NCBI GenBank assembly: GCA_027491355.1
Contig: JAIXWI010000005.1
Location: 38,228 to 102,227 of the forward strand
Length of the DNA: 64,000 nucleotides
From: Bacteroidota bacterium
GTDB taxonomy: Bacteria > Bacteroidota > Bacteroidia > UKL13-3
Reading direction: 5' to 3'
Both the position numbers and the translations under genes were made by a program. Below the pieces are notes generated by a model. The model searched no databases. It had not been told where the DNA came from and saw nothing but the letters and a program-made list of their open reading frames with translations. Shown here in pieces: positions 28,619 through 38,694 of this stretch. Within the stretch, counting starts at the first letter, position 1, and the number at the start of each line of letters is the position of its first letter.

Positions 28619-29566
28619 TTATTTATTCGGCATTTCGAATAATGAACTGATAGAACCATGTTCAGTTATATTACGGATGGCTTCAGCAAAAAGCTTGGCC
28701 GTCGATAATACTTTTATTTTGTTGCTTTGTTTTGCCAATGGAATGGTATCACAAACCACCAGCTCATCAATAACACTTTGTTCAATAACTTCATAAGCCT
28801 TACCACTCAATACAGGGTGCGTACACATGGCTCTTACACTGACTGCACCTTTGTCTTTTAACAATTGTGCTGCTTTAGCCAAGGTATTTCCTGTATCTAT
28901 GATATCGTCTACCATCATGACCTGTTTGCCTTGTACATCTCCAATCAGGTTCATAGAGGCAATTTCGTTAGCTCTTCTTCTTTCTTTGTCAACAATTACC
29001 ATGTCGCAACCCAATGCTTTTGCATAAATTCTTGCTCTGGCTGATGAACCCATATCTGGTGATGCTATAATGACATCTTTTCCAAAATTGAGGGCTCTCA
29101 TATAAGGTAAAAACACAATGGACGGATCTAAGTGGTCAACCGGAATTTCAAAGAAACCTTGAATTTGTGGTGCGTGTAAGTCCATGGTAATGACCCTACT
29201 AGCTCCAACCACAGTTAACATATCTGCAACCACTTTAGAGCCTATTGAAACCCTTGGTTTGTCTTTTCTATCTTGTCTGGCCAAACCATAATAAGGTATT
29301 ACTGCAGTGATGTAATGCGCAGAAGCTCTCTTTGCAGCATCAATCATGAGCAATAACTCCATTAAGTTATCTGAGTTAGAAAAGGTTGATTGTACGATGA
29401 ATACATCACAACCTCTCACAGATTCGTTGAAATTGGGTTGGAATTCCCCATCACTAAATCTGCTGATAGTGCAGTCGCCAAGTTCCAAACCAAATGACTG
29501 AGCGATTGATTCTGCTAAATAACGGGAATTGGTGCCCGAAAATATTTTAACCTGGTTGCGTACCAT
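28619..29566 (-). CDS. prs: Ribose-phosphate pyrophosphokinase
   Basis: 'RFSDGE', 'PYYGLARQDRK', 'DLHAPQIQGFF', 'VDDIIDTGNT'. True start is the ATG at 29566; the longer ORF call runs into the tRNA. Confidence 0.97.
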   Translation of the reverse strand: MVRNQVKIFSGTNSRYLAESIAQSFGLELGDCTISRFSDGEFQPNFNESVRGCDVFIVQSTFSNSDNLMELLLMIDAAKRASAHYITAVIPYYGLARQDRKDKPRVSIGSKVVADMLTVVGASRVITMDLHAPQIQGFFEIPVDHLDPSIVFLPYMRALNFGKDVIIASPDMGSSARARIYAKALGCDMVIVDKERRRANEIASMNLIGDVQGKQVMMVDDIIDTGNTLAKAAQLLKDKGAVSVRAMCTHPVLSGKAYEVIEQSVIDELVVCDTIPLAKQSNKIKVLSTAKLFAEAIRNITEHGSISSLFEMPNK

Positions 29567-29576
29567 TTTATGTTTA

Positions 29577-29610
29577 AAAATTATGCAAGCCACAGCAGTG
29601 GCTTGCATTT
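29577..29610 (-). terminator. Hairpin between tRNA-Gln and prs (leaky terminator or processing signal)
   Basis: ATGCAAGCCAC-TGCT-GTGGCTTGCAT followed by AATTTTT. Confidence 0.65.
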
Positions 29611-29612
29611 TG

Positions 29613-29685
29613 TTGACCGACCAGGTTTCGAACCTGGACTCTTCTGAACCAAAATCAGACGTGTTGCCAGTTACACCATCGGTCA
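29613..29685 (-). tRNA. tRNA-Gln (anticodon UUG), CCA not encoded
   Basis: TGACCGA/TCGGTCA acceptor stem, D arm GGTGTAACTGGCAACAC, anticodon arm TCTGA-TTTTGGT-TCAGA, T arm CCAGG-TTCGAAA-CCTGG. Confidence 0.97.
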
Positions 29686-29696
29686 ATTGAGGTGTG

Positions 29697-29704
29697 CAAA
29701 AGTA
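29697..29704 (-). promoter_or_regulatory. Bacteroidota -7 promoter element TACTTTTG for tRNA-Gln/prs
   Basis: Exact TAnnTTTG, 11 nt upstream of the tRNA 5' end. Confidence 0.75.
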
Positions 29705-29855
29705 GAAAATTAATTAAAAAGGAAAAGCCTTTTCAGAAAAAAAATACAAAAAAGTGTAAAAAAGTGTCTTTTCCTGTGCAATTATAACCAATTCTAATGT
29801 GTGTATGTGAAGAAAATATGAAAGGTACTGCATTGGCTTTCAAGAAATTTGAAAC

Positions 29856-31049
29856 ATGAATCAAGTCAATTGTGTAGCATTGGTGTTTCCTAGAAGTGCT
29901 TTTAGGTATAGAACCTATGCCATGCAATATGCAAAAGCCCTACTAGAAATGAACAAAACTGTGTTCATTTTTAGCCCTGATTGGCTGATTGTCAATGAAT
30001 ACTTACTCAAAAGCATTGCTTTTAAAGCAAAAGATTTCAGGTGTTTCCCATTAGATGAAACTGAAATTTCTTTTGATAACATGGGTATTGCTACAGCTGC
30101 TTTGAGTTGGATAAAATTGAACCGCCGCTTGAAACAAACGGAGAAAACCATGCAAACTCAAATTGATTTTGTATTCTTTTGTCCGGTAGACGAGTGGATT
30201 GCAGCAGCTAATGGCAAAAGTTTATTAGATGCAACTTTTAAATACCCTTGGAGTGGCTTGTTTATCCATACCGCACACTTGTACAAAAAAAACCTTAAAA
30301 CTGGAGTTGACCCATCCATCAAAGATCCTGATTATTTGTTTTTGTCTGATAACTGCGTGGGTGCAGCTATCTTAGACAGGTTTAAGAGTCAAGAATTAAA
30401 AAGTAGGATCTATAAAAAAGTAGTGGTCATGCCAGATGTAACCGACTGGAGCCTGAACCAAAAACCAAACAACTTGGCCAATACCATTCGTAAAATGGCC
30501 GGGAACAGGATGATTGTTGGAACGATTTTGCTTGAGAATGAAGAAGCTTCAGGCTTTCTAGAAATGGCCTCAGAAGCGCCAGAGACTGACTACTTTTTTG
30601 TATGTACAGGAAATTTAACTGCAACTGCAAAAAATAAGAACAGTAGATTGGTTTTGAAACAACTCCTGAACAAAAATAAATCGAACCATTTCATCACCCC
30701 TATGCGCGTAGAAAGCAGCGAAGAGGTGAACCATATCATTCAAAGTTTTGATGTTTGTTACTTGAATGAAGAAAAAGAAAGTGTGCCTTCATTTTTATTG
30801 AGCAAAGCCGCATTTTTTCACAAACCGGTTATAGGTCAAACAAACCAATTTCAAGGTAGGCTGGTAGAAACCTTTCAAACAGGAATAGCAGTGGAATCTA
30901 GTATTGAAGAACAACTCAAAGCACTTGAAATTTTAAATACGCACAATGGATTAGCTTTGCCTTATTCTATTTCCAATATGGACAATTACGCACGCTTACA
31001 AGATGTTGAAGCCCTAAAAGATGCGCTCAACGATTTACTTTGGTTTTAA
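29856..31049 (+). CDS. Divergent GT-B-fold glycosyltransferase-like protein
   Basis: C-terminal 'IIQSFDVCYL...SFLLSKAAFFHKPVIG...GRLVETFQTGIAV' resembles a GT4 nucleotide-binding lobe; neighbours are glycan genes. Confidence 0.55.
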   Translation: MNQVNCVALVFPRSAFRYRTYAMQYAKALLEMNKTVFIFSPDWLIVNEYLLKSIAFKAKDFRCFPLDETEISFDNMGIATAALSWIKLNRRLKQTEKTMQTQIDFVFFCPVDEWIAAANGKSLLDATFKYPWSGLFIHTAHLYKKNLKTGVDPSIKDPDYLFLSDNCVGAAILDRFKSQELKSRIYKKVVVMPDVTDWSLNQKPNNLANTIRKMAGNRMIVGTILLENEEASGFLEMASEAPETDYFFVCTGNLTATAKNKNSRLVLKQLLNKNKSNHFITPMRVESSEEVNHIIQSFDVCYLNEEKESVPSFLLSKAAFFHKPVIGQTNQFQGRLVETFQTGIAVESSIEEQLKALEILNTHNGLALPYSISNMDNYARLQDVEALKDALNDLLWF

Positions 31050-31096
31050 AAGTTTTGACATCTTTCTTTGCGCTCAAATAGCACCTTAAATACTTC

Positions 31097-32005
31097 ATGC
31101 AAACTCCGGTACTACTCATTATTTTTAATCGCAGCGATACTGCTTTGCAGGTATTGTCAAGAATTAAACAAGCTGGAGTACAAAAGTTATACATATACTC
31201 CGATGGGCCCAGGCAAAACAACCTCAACGAAGCTACATTACTTTCAACTGTTCAGAACGAAATTCAACAACACATTGATTGGCCATGTGAGTTGCATTGT
31301 CTGTTCGAAAAAGAGAACTTTGGACCAAGAATTGCCATTGGAAGAGGCATTCATTGGCTTTTTGAACACGAAGAACAAGGTATCATTTTTGAACACGATT
31401 GTTTGCCAGACTTGAGCTTCTTTAACTTTTGTGAAACATTGTTAAACAAATATGCAAGCGATGAAAAAATCATGCATATTTCTGGAAACAATTTTCAATT
31501 TGGTAAAACATGGGGTGATGGTGATTATTATTTTTCACACCTGAATCATATTTGGGGCTTTGCTACTTGGAAGAGAGCTTGGAAACATTATGATGTAGAC
31601 ATGAAAGCCTATCCTGAGTTTTTGAAAACAAACAAATTAGCACAAATTTTTACCGATTCAAGGATGCAAAAAATTTGGAAAGAAATCTTTGACAATACCT
31701 ATCACAAGCAATTGGCAACATGGGATTACCAATGGACTTTTGCCTGCTGGTATAACAATGGCTTGAGTATATTGCCCAATAAAAACTTAGTAAGCAATAT
31801 TGGCTTTGATGCTTTGGCATTGAATACCAAAAACCCCAACCATGCGGTTGCCGCTTTGCAAACCCACTCGCTAACTACCATTCAACATCCAACAAACAAA
31901 CAAGCAATTACAGCAGCAGATGAATACACTATTTTAAAAGTATTTAATCCTACAATTGCTTATTTTGCCTGGCAAAAATTCAAGAAGTTAATTTTTAAAG
32001 CGTGA
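31097..32005 (+). CDS. GT-A nucleotide-diphospho-sugar transferase
   Basis: 'PVLLIIFNR', 'DGPR', 'IIFEHDC', 'HIWGFATWKRAW', 'TWDYQW', 'NLVSNIGF'. Confidence 0.85.
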   Translation: MQTPVLLIIFNRSDTALQVLSRIKQAGVQKLYIYSDGPRQNNLNEATLLSTVQNEIQQHIDWPCELHCLFEKENFGPRIAIGRGIHWLFEHEEQGIIFEHDCLPDLSFFNFCETLLNKYASDEKIMHISGNNFQFGKTWGDGDYYFSHLNHIWGFATWKRAWKHYDVDMKAYPEFLKTNKLAQIFTDSRMQKIWKEIFDNTYHKQLATWDYQWTFACWYNNGLSILPNKNLVSNIGFDALALNTKNPNHAVAALQTHSLTTIQHPTNKQAITAADEYTILKVFNPTIAYFAWQKFKKLIFKA

Positions 32006-32922
32006 AAAAAATTTTTCATCAACTCATAGGTAGTAAAAAAATTGGGGCTTATTTCAGAGAAGAGCTCGAAAAAATAAAAGTGCTTTCTGCGCAACCAATG
32101 GTTAAACACATCATGTCTTTGAAAGAGCCCGTTCAAGACTTTAGGGCTGTGGAATTTTCGGCGTTTTCTCAGTGGGGCGATGATGGAATCATTCAATATT
32201 TGATCCATCAATTGCACATTACCCATGATACTTTTATTGAATTTGGCGTTGGCAATTACCTTGAGGCAAATACCCGTTTTTTATTGCTAAATAACAATTG
32301 GAAAGGGCTCATTTTTGATGGCTCGGCACAAAACATGGAATTTGTTAAAAATGACAGTATCAGCTGGAAATATAATTTAACAGCCATACCATTGTTTGTG
32401 ACTAAACACAATATCAATCAAGCCATTGAGGCAGCCGGATTTAGCGGAGAAATTGGCCTCTTACACATTGATATTGACGGAAATGATTATTGGATTTGGG
32501 ATTGCATAAATGTGGTAAATCCACAAATTGTGATCATGGAATACAACAGCATTTTTGGCAACAAAGCTGCCATCAGCGTTCCTTATGACGATCAATTTTA
32601 TGTGACCAATGCCCATTACAGCAATTTGTATTTTGGCGCATCGCTCAAAGCCATGTGTTCATTAGCAGCAAAAAAAGGTTACAGTTTTGTTGGCAGCAAT
32701 ACCAATGGCAACAACGCCTATTTTGTAAGAAACGACAAAATGGGTGCACTCAAAGCCATCAGCGCTGAACAAGGATATGTAGCAGCCAAATTCAGACAGA
32801 ACAGGGATGAATCTGGTAAACTAACCTTCAAATCAGATGCAGAAGCAATTTGGAATGCCAAAGATAAGTTGGTGGTTAATATTGAATCGGGTGAACTAAC
32901 GCCACTCAGTAATTTTTTATAA
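32002..32922 (+). CDS. SAM-dependent methyltransferase-like protein (FkbM-related)
   Basis: 'FSQWGDDGII', 'FIEFGVG', 'IDIDGNDYW', 'GASL', 'GNNAYFV'. GTG start coupled to the upstream gene. Confidence 0.7.
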   Translation: MKKIFHQLIGSKKIGAYFREELEKIKVLSAQPMVKHIMSLKEPVQDFRAVEFSAFSQWGDDGIIQYLIHQLHITHDTFIEFGVGNYLEANTRFLLLNNNWKGLIFDGSAQNMEFVKNDSISWKYNLTAIPLFVTKHNINQAIEAAGFSGEIGLLHIDIDGNDYWIWDCINVVNPQIVIMEYNSIFGNKAAISVPYDDQFYVTNAHYSNLYFGASLKAMCSLAAKKGYSFVGSNTNGNNAYFVRNDKMGALKAISAEQGYVAAKFRQNRDESGKLTFKSDAEAIWNAKDKLVVNIESGELTPLSNFL

Positions 32923-32923
32923 G

Positions 32924-33799
32924 ATGTTGGCACAATTTATTTTCAATCAACTACTAGGTTCAAAAGGTAAATACAGTGAAAAAGTTTATGCACTTTTACG
33001 CTTGATTTACTTGAAAGTGTCAGATCCAGTAATCCATTGGAACTACCATGGGCAAGTAATTGCCATGAACTTGAGCCACGATTTGCCATTTAACTTGAAA
33101 CAGCACCCTACTTACAGCCAAAATTTAGGACAAGTAGCACAACTCATTGCTAAAAAATACCCAAACTTTTCAGTCATAGATGTGGGTGCAAATGTGGGTG
33201 ATTCTGCAGCCATTGTTCAGCACAGGGTAAAAGCACCCGTATTGTGCATTGAAGGCAATCCTAAATTTTTACCATTGCTTATTCAAAACAGTAAACAATT
33301 ACATGCCATAAGCATTGAAGCATCCTTTGTAGGAGAAACTGTAACCAAAGTAAAACCTGTCAATCAATTGGGTACAGCCTATTTAAAAGAAGATGCCAAT
33401 GGTTTAACAATTGCAACCATATCATCAGTCATAGAAAAACACCCTGCATTTGCCACTGCCAAACTACTCAAAATTGACACCGATGGCTTTGACAACAAAA
33501 TCATACGAGGAGCTGCTGCATTTTTAAAACAATCCAAGTCAAGTATATTTTTTGAATACGACCCCTTTTACCTTTCTAAACAACAAGAAAATGGTCCAGC
33601 CATTTTTGATTTTTTGGTTGAACTAGGCTACCACAAATGGGTTATTTTTGACAACCATGGGAGGTACATGCTCACCCTCTCAGAGAAAGACAAACACTTG
33701 TTCGAAAATTTACACCAGTATTTCAACCAAGAAGGCAAAGTTTACATGGACATTTGGGTGCTACACCAAGAAGATGCCACGCTTGATTACCAAGCATAA
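32924..33799 (+). CDS. FkbM-family methyltransferase
   Basis: 'IDVGANVGD', '[10 protein letters not shown]', 'IFFEY'. Confidence 0.88.
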   Translation: MLAQFIFNQLLGSKGKYSEKVYALLRLIYLKVSDPVIHWNYHGQVIAMNLSHDLPFNLKQHPTYSQNLGQVAQLIAKKYPNFSVIDVGANVGDSAAIVQHRVKAPVLCIEGNPKFLPLLIQNSKQLHAISIEASFVGETVTKVKPVNQLGTAYLKEDANGLTIATISSVIEKHPAFATAKLLKIDTDGFDNKIIRGAAAFLKQSKSSIFFEYDPFYLSKQQENGPAIFDFLVELGYHKWVIFDNHGRYMLTLSEKDKHLFENLHQYFNQEGKVYMDIWVLHQEDATLDYQA

Positions 33800-33876
33800 A
33801 CCAATTCAAATTATTGCAAACGAACGAGGTAAGTTCATCGCTTTCTCTTAAATTCGCATTCCAAAATATTTATTAT

Positions 33877-35271
33877 ATGTCATTCAGAAAAGAACATGAT
33901 ACCATGGGCGAGGTATTGGTACCTGCCGACAAGTACTGGGGTGCGCAAACAGAAAGATCTAGAAATAACTTTAAAATTGGTCCTGAAGCCAGCATGCCAA
34001 AAGAAATAATTTATGCATTTGCATACTTAAAAAAAGCAGCGGCACATGCCAACATGGAACTGGGGGTTTTGGCTGAGGAAAAATGCAGTCTGATTGAAAC
34101 CGTTTGTGATGAAATTTTAGCAGGTAAACTAGACAATGAATTTCCATTGGTTATTTGGCAAACTGGTTCGGGCACCCAAAGCAATATGAATGTGAACGAA
34201 GTAGTAGCCTACCGTGCACATGTATTGAGCGGTGGTAGCTTAAATGATGACAAAAAAATCCTTCACCCCAATGATGATGTGAATAAATCGCAATCTAGCA
34301 ACGATACTTATCCAACCGCAATGCACATAGCATCCTATAAATTGGTGGTTGAGAATACCATTCCAGGTATTGAATTGTTGAGAAATACTTTGGCTCAAAA
34401 AGCAGTTGAATTCAAAGACATCGTTAAAACAGGTCGTACCCATTTTATGGACGCAACGCCTTTAACATTAGGACAAGAGTTCAGCGGGTATGTACAACAA
34501 TTAGACAATGGTATCAGGGCATTGAAATCTGCCATTGAAATGGTGAGAGAATTGGCCTTGGGAGGAACTGCAGTAGGTACAGGATTGAATGCACCTAAAG
34601 GTTATGATGTGCTGGTGGCACAGAAGATAGCTGCATTCACAGGCTTACCTTTTGTAACTGCTCCTAATAAATTTGAAGCTTTGGCTGCACACGATGCCAT
34701 GGTTGAATTGAGTGGTGCACTCAAAAGAGTTGCAGTTAGTTTGATGAAAATTGCCAACGATATCCGCATGCTCTCATCTGGTCCAAGAAGCGGTATTGGG
34801 GAGATCATCATCCCAGACAATGAACCAGGATCTTCTATCATGCCTGGTAAAGTAAATCCAACACAACCAGAAGCTATGACCATGGTGGCAGCCCAAGTAA
34901 TGGGAAATGATGTGGCGGTTTCAATTGGTGGCAGCAATGGTCATTTTGAATTGAATGTATTCAAACCATTGATTGCAGCCAATGTATTGCAAAGTGCCCG
35001 ATTAATTGGCGATGCTTGTGTTTCATTCAATAACAATTGTGCAGCTGGAATTCTTGCCAACAAAGAGATCATTCAAAAACACATGGAAAACTCTTTGATG
35101 TTGGTAACAGCACTCAACACCCATATTGGCTATGAAAATGCTGCAAAAATTGCTAAGAAGGCACACAAAGAAAATAAAACACTCAGAGAAGCTGCCATTG
35201 AACTTGGCTTGGTAACCAACGAGCAATTTGATGCTTGGGTTGTACCGGCTAACATGGTTGGTAATCAATAA
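33877..35271 (+). CDS. fumC: Class II fumarate hydratase
   Basis: '[11 protein letters not shown]', '[10 protein letters not shown]', '[13 protein letters not shown]'. ATG at 33877. Confidence 0.98.
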   Translation: MSFRKEHDTMGEVLVPADKYWGAQTERSRNNFKIGPEASMPKEIIYAFAYLKKAAAHANMELGVLAEEKCSLIETVCDEILAGKLDNEFPLVIWQTGSGTQSNMNVNEVVAYRAHVLSGGSLNDDKKILHPNDDVNKSQSSNDTYPTAMHIASYKLVVENTIPGIELLRNTLAQKAVEFKDIVKTGRTHFMDATPLTLGQEFSGYVQQLDNGIRALKSAIEMVRELALGGTAVGTGLNAPKGYDVLVAQKIAAFTGLPFVTAPNKFEALAAHDAMVELSGALKRVAVSLMKIANDIRMLSSGPRSGIGEIIIPDNEPGSSIMPGKVNPTQPEAMTMVAAQVMGNDVAVSIGGSNGHFELNVFKPLIAANVLQSARLIGDACVSFNNNCAAGILANKEIIQKHMENSLMLVTALNTHIGYENAAKIAKKAHKENKTLREAAIELGLVTNEQFDAWVVPANMVGNQ

Positions 35272-35306
35272 AAAAACATACGCGCAGGCTTTGCCTGCGC
35301 GTATGT
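35270..35306 (-). terminator. 14-bp hairpin with its U tract on the minus strand
   Basis: ACATACGCGCAGGC-TTT-GCCTGCGCGTATGT, preceded by an A run on the plus strand. Confidence 0.7.
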
Positions 35307-35317
35307 AAAATTTTAAA

Positions 35318-35980
35318 ATGACCTGGACAGACATCATACTCAAAGGAATATTAACCGGATTGGTTTTGACCCTCTCATTTGGAGCGGGTTTCTTTGCTTT
35401 GATTCAAACCAGCATTGCTAAAGGTGTTAAAAAAGGCTTGTTTATTGCCTTAGGTGCCATCATTAGCGACATGTTGTATATTTTAATGGCCTTGTTTGCT
35501 ACCTCATTCATTAGCGAAGAATTACCCAAATACGATCAACTCATTCGCATTTTGGCCATGCTATCATTTTTGTTTTTTGGACTCAAAAACATTTTACAAT
35601 CTAAAAAGAAGTTTGAGGAGCAAGCCATCGCATCTGAACCCAATTTTTATTTCTTGAGTAAAGGTTTTATACTCAATAAACTCAACCCAATGATCTTATT
35701 GACTTGGGTAGGAATCAGTGCCTATTTAAGGTCTTCGTTGTTGTACAATAACTTACAATTGGTGCTATTTTTTATAGCCGTAATGTGCAGTGTTTTTGCT
35801 ACGCAAGCTTTGATCTGTTATTCTTCAAACAAACTCAAAAGAATGTTATCAGATGCATTCATTCAATGGATGAACATTGCAGTAGGCCTGTTATTTATAT
35901 TACTTGGAATATTTATATTCTTCTATGGTGGATCGCCAGAATCTGGTATTGAAAAAGCCCGTCACGTGTTGGGCAAATAG
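35318..35980 (+). CDS. LysE/RhtB-family exporter
   Basis: 'LSFGAGFFALIQTSI..G.K.GL.IALGAIISD', 'KGFILNKLNP'; hydrophobic throughout. Confidence 0.85.
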   Translation: MTWTDIILKGILTGLVLTLSFGAGFFALIQTSIAKGVKKGLFIALGAIISDMLYILMALFATSFISEELPKYDQLIRILAMLSFLFFGLKNILQSKKKFEEQAIASEPNFYFLSKGFILNKLNPMILLTWVGISAYLRSSLLYNNLQLVLFFIAVMCSVFATQALICYSSNKLKRMLSDAFIQWMNIAVGLLFILLGIFIFFYGGSPESGIEKARHVLGK

Positions 35981-37345
35981 TTATCCGAATAAATACGACA
36001 AAAGCTCCTCAATTTTACCAACTTCCACCACATTGATTGTAAAATTGGTTTTTGGTAACTTGTTGAATTTTGACAAATAAACCGTTTTGAAACCAAGCTT
36101 TTCAGCTTCACCAATGCGTTGTTCAATTCTGTTAACTGCTCTTATTTCTCCGCTCAATCCAACTTCACCTATGAAACAAATTTGTTGGTCAATTGGCATG
36201 TTTTCATAACTTGAAACAATGGCTGCAATCACGCCTAAATCTATGGCAGGGTCTTCAACACGAATGCCACCTGCAATGTTAACAAAGACATCCTGCATGC
36301 CCATTCTTAAACCGCACTTTTTCTCTAGAACAGCCAATAACATATTCAATCTTTTGCTGTCATAACCATTTGAGTTTCTTTGAGGTGTTCCATATACGGC
36401 AGCACTCACCAAAGCTTGTGTTTCTATTAAAAGAGAGCGCATGCCTTCTAATGAAGCAGAAACAGAAATGCCACTTAAATTTTCATCTCTTTGTGTGATT
36501 AAAATTTCAGAAGGATTACTGACTTCTCTGAGCCCACCCATTTGCATTTCATAGATACCAATTTCGTTGGTGGATCCAAACCTGTTTTTGATACTTCTTA
36601 ATATGCGGTAAACATGGTGCCTATCGCCTTCAAATTGCAACACTGTATCAACCATGTGTTCCAATAGTTTGGGCCCTGCAATACTGCCATCTTTCGTAAT
36701 ATGCCCAATTAAAAATACTGGGGTACCTGTTTCTTTTGCAAATCGGATGAGGTCGCCAGCTGTTTCTTTAATTTGAGAAATACTACCAGGACCAGCGTCT
36801 ATCAACTCACTCTGTAAAGTTTGAATAGAATCTACTATCAATAAATCGGGCTGCAACTGTTGCAAAGCCTTCCCTATTTTTTGTGTATTGGTTTCAGTAA
36901 ATAAGTAGCAATCTGAACCTGAATTAGTAATGCGGTCTGCTCGCATTTTAATTTGTGTTTCACTCTCCTCTCCAGAAACGTAAAGTACCTTTCTGTTGGT
37001 AAATGTCAAGGCCAATTGTAACAACAATGTTGATTTACCAATACCTGGTTCACCACCCACTAAAATAACTGATCCTCGAACCAATCCACCACCTAAAACC
37101 CTGCTCAATTCCTGATCTTCAATGGCCAATCTTTGCTCGTTTGTTTGGTTTACTTCTTTGAGTTGAACAGGAACAATGGCTTGTTGATTTTCAGATTTCC
37201 AAGCGCTCTTAAATGCAATTTTTTCTTTGTGAATTACTTCTTCAACATAAGTATTCCATTCGCCACAAGCCGGACATTTTCCAACCCATTTTGCAGCAGA
37301 TGCTCCACAACTTTTACAAAAGAAACTGCTTGTGCTTTTAGCCAT
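35981..37345 (-). CDS. radA: DNA repair protein RadA/Sms
   Basis: C4 zinc finger, 'GGEPGIGKSTL', 'KNRFG'. Confidence 0.98.
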   Translation of the reverse strand: MAKSTSSFFCKSCGASAAKWVGKCPACGEWNTYVEEVIHKEKIAFKSAWKSENQQAIVPVQLKEVNQTNEQRLAIEDQELSRVLGGGLVRGSVILVGGEPGIGKSTLLLQLALTFTNRKVLYVSGEESETQIKMRADRITNSGSDCYLFTETNTQKIGKALQQLQPDLLIVDSIQTLQSELIDAGPGSISQIKETAGDLIRFAKETGTPVFLIGHITKDGSIAGPKLLEHMVDTVLQFEGDRHHVYRILRSIKNRFGSTNEIGIYEMQMGGLREVSNPSEILITQRDENLSGISVSASLEGMRSLLIETQALVSAAVYGTPQRNSNGYDSKRLNMLLAVLEKKCGLRMGMQDVFVNIAGGIRVEDPAIDLGVIAAIVSSYENMPIDQQICFIGEVGLSGEIRAVNRIEQRIGEAEKLGFKTVYLSKFNKLPKTNFTINVVEVGKIEELLSYLFG

Positions 37346-37351
37346 ATCTAT

Positions 37352-37795
37352 TTATTTATTGAACCACATTTGAACAATGAAGTTTCTCAGTAACCAAAAC
37401 AAAACTGTCCATGCACTCAATGACACAAACATAAACAATTTAATCCTCCATTTATTGGTTTCAATTTGATTTGCAATTAGACAACCTATGGGCAGTGTAA
37501 GTATCAATGGACTCAAAAAGGCCACGCCATACAATTCATACTTCTTAATGATTTTTACAACCCACCTGGTACGTTTAGAAAACTTAATTGTAGATGGTTT
37601 TTTAGGAACAATTTTTCTATAAAGTATGCTTATAAATTGCCATACATAGAGGTATAAAAATGTTCCAAGCATGCCCCCACCTACAATTGAAATAAAGAAC
37701 TCAAAAAAGTTAAATTGATAGCTCACAGCCAATCCAAATCCAACAATAAATTTGAATGCACTAAAAAAGGCAACTGTGATTATTTTCTCTAGCAT
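37352..37795 (-). CDS. Hypothetical membrane protein
   Basis: 147-aa hydrophobic ORF between murQ and radA; 'YGVAFLSPLILTLPIG'. Confidence 0.75.
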   Translation of the reverse strand: MLEKIITVAFFSAFKFIVGFGLAVSYQFNFFEFFISIVGGGMLGTFLYLYVWQFISILYRKIVPKKPSTIKFSKRTRWVVKIIKKYELYGVAFLSPLILTLPIGCLIANQIETNKWRIKLFMFVSLSAWTVLFWLLRNFIVQMWFNK

Positions 37796-37806
37796 TGTTA
37801 GTTTGG

Positions 37807-38643
37807 TTATGCCTTCTTTTTATCTTGTAAATAAGCAGTTGCAGCTTTTCTGACATTGCCATGTTTTTTTAACAATTGTTGTGCAACAGTGCTGCTGACT
37901 TTAATTTCAGACATGAGCATGTTAACGGCTCGCTCCTCTAGTTTATGATTACTGAGTTGCATATCAACCATTTTATTACCTTTTACCCTTCCTAATTTTA
38001 TCATGATGGCAGTACTGATCATGTTCAAACACAGTTTTTGAGCGGTACCAGATTTCATGCGTGTGCTACCAGTTACAAATTCCGGACCTACTACCACTTC
38101 TACAGGATAATGAACAGCTTTGGCAATGGGGCTATTTTTTGAACAGACAATACAACCAGTTTGTATGCCTTTTGCTGCAGCAGTTTCAATTGCACCCAAT
38201 ACATAAGGAGTAGTTCCACTGGCTGCTATACCAATTAAAAAATCCTTGTGAGTTATTTTATGCAACTTTAAATCTTTCCAGCCTTGTTTGGTATCATCCT
38301 CTGCAAATTCAACTGCTTTGCGAATGGCTTGGTCTCCACCTGCAATCAAACCAATTACCAAACCATGAGGTACCCCGTATGTTGGTGGACATTCACTTGC
38401 GTCTACAATTCCCAATCTACCACTGGTTCCAGCACCTATATAAAACAAACGACCGCCATCTTTTAGTTGTAAACTTGCTTGGTCTACCAATTTTTGAATT
38501 TGAGGAATGGCCTTTTTAATAGCCAATGGAACAAGTTGGTCTTCTTTGTTCATATTCGTCAACAAAACTTTGGTAGTCATGCGTTCCAGATTCTGGTAAT
38601 TAGAATCCTTTTCAGTATCTCTTTCAAATTTGATTTTGGCCAT
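37807..38643 (-). CDS. murQ: N-acetylmuramic acid 6-phosphate etherase
   Basis: 'GAGTSGRLGIVDASECPPTYG', 'GPEFVTGSTRMKSGTAQK'. Confidence 0.97.
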   Translation of the reverse strand: MAKIKFERDTEKDSNYQNLERMTTKVLLTNMNKEDQLVPLAIKKAIPQIQKLVDQASLQLKDGGRLFYIGAGTSGRLGIVDASECPPTYGVPHGLVIGLIAGGDQAIRKAVEFAEDDTKQGWKDLKLHKITHKDFLIGIAASGTTPYVLGAIETAAAKGIQTGCIVCSKNSPIAKAVHYPVEVVVGPEFVTGSTRMKSGTAQKLCLNMISTAIMIKLGRVKGNKMVDMQLSNHKLEERAVNMLMSEIKVSSTVAQQLLKKHGNVRKAATAYLQDKKKA

Positions 38644-38668
38644 AAATATTAAATCAGATTTAGTCGTT

Positions 38669-38676
38669 TATATTTG
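38669..38676 (+). promoter_or_regulatory. Bacteroidota -7 promoter element TATATTTG for the S41 protease gene
   Basis: Exact TAnnTTTG in the short divergent intergenic region. Confidence 0.65.
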
Positions 38677-38694
38677 CGTACTTTCATCAAAAAT

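Noticed and set aside
29567-29686. 40-aa N-terminal extension of Prs in the ORF track
   Set aside because: It is a chance open frame through tRNA-Gln and its downstream hairpin; the real start is the ATG at 29566.
29745-29770. Short direct repeat AAAAAGTGT x2 upstream of the tRNA promoter
   Set aside because: Only two copies in AT-rich DNA; not a CRISPR array and not significant without conservation data.
29613-33799. Genomic island integrated at tRNA-Gln
   Set aside because: The glycan genes lie on the 5' side of the tRNA; I found no integrase and no duplicated tRNA 3' end.
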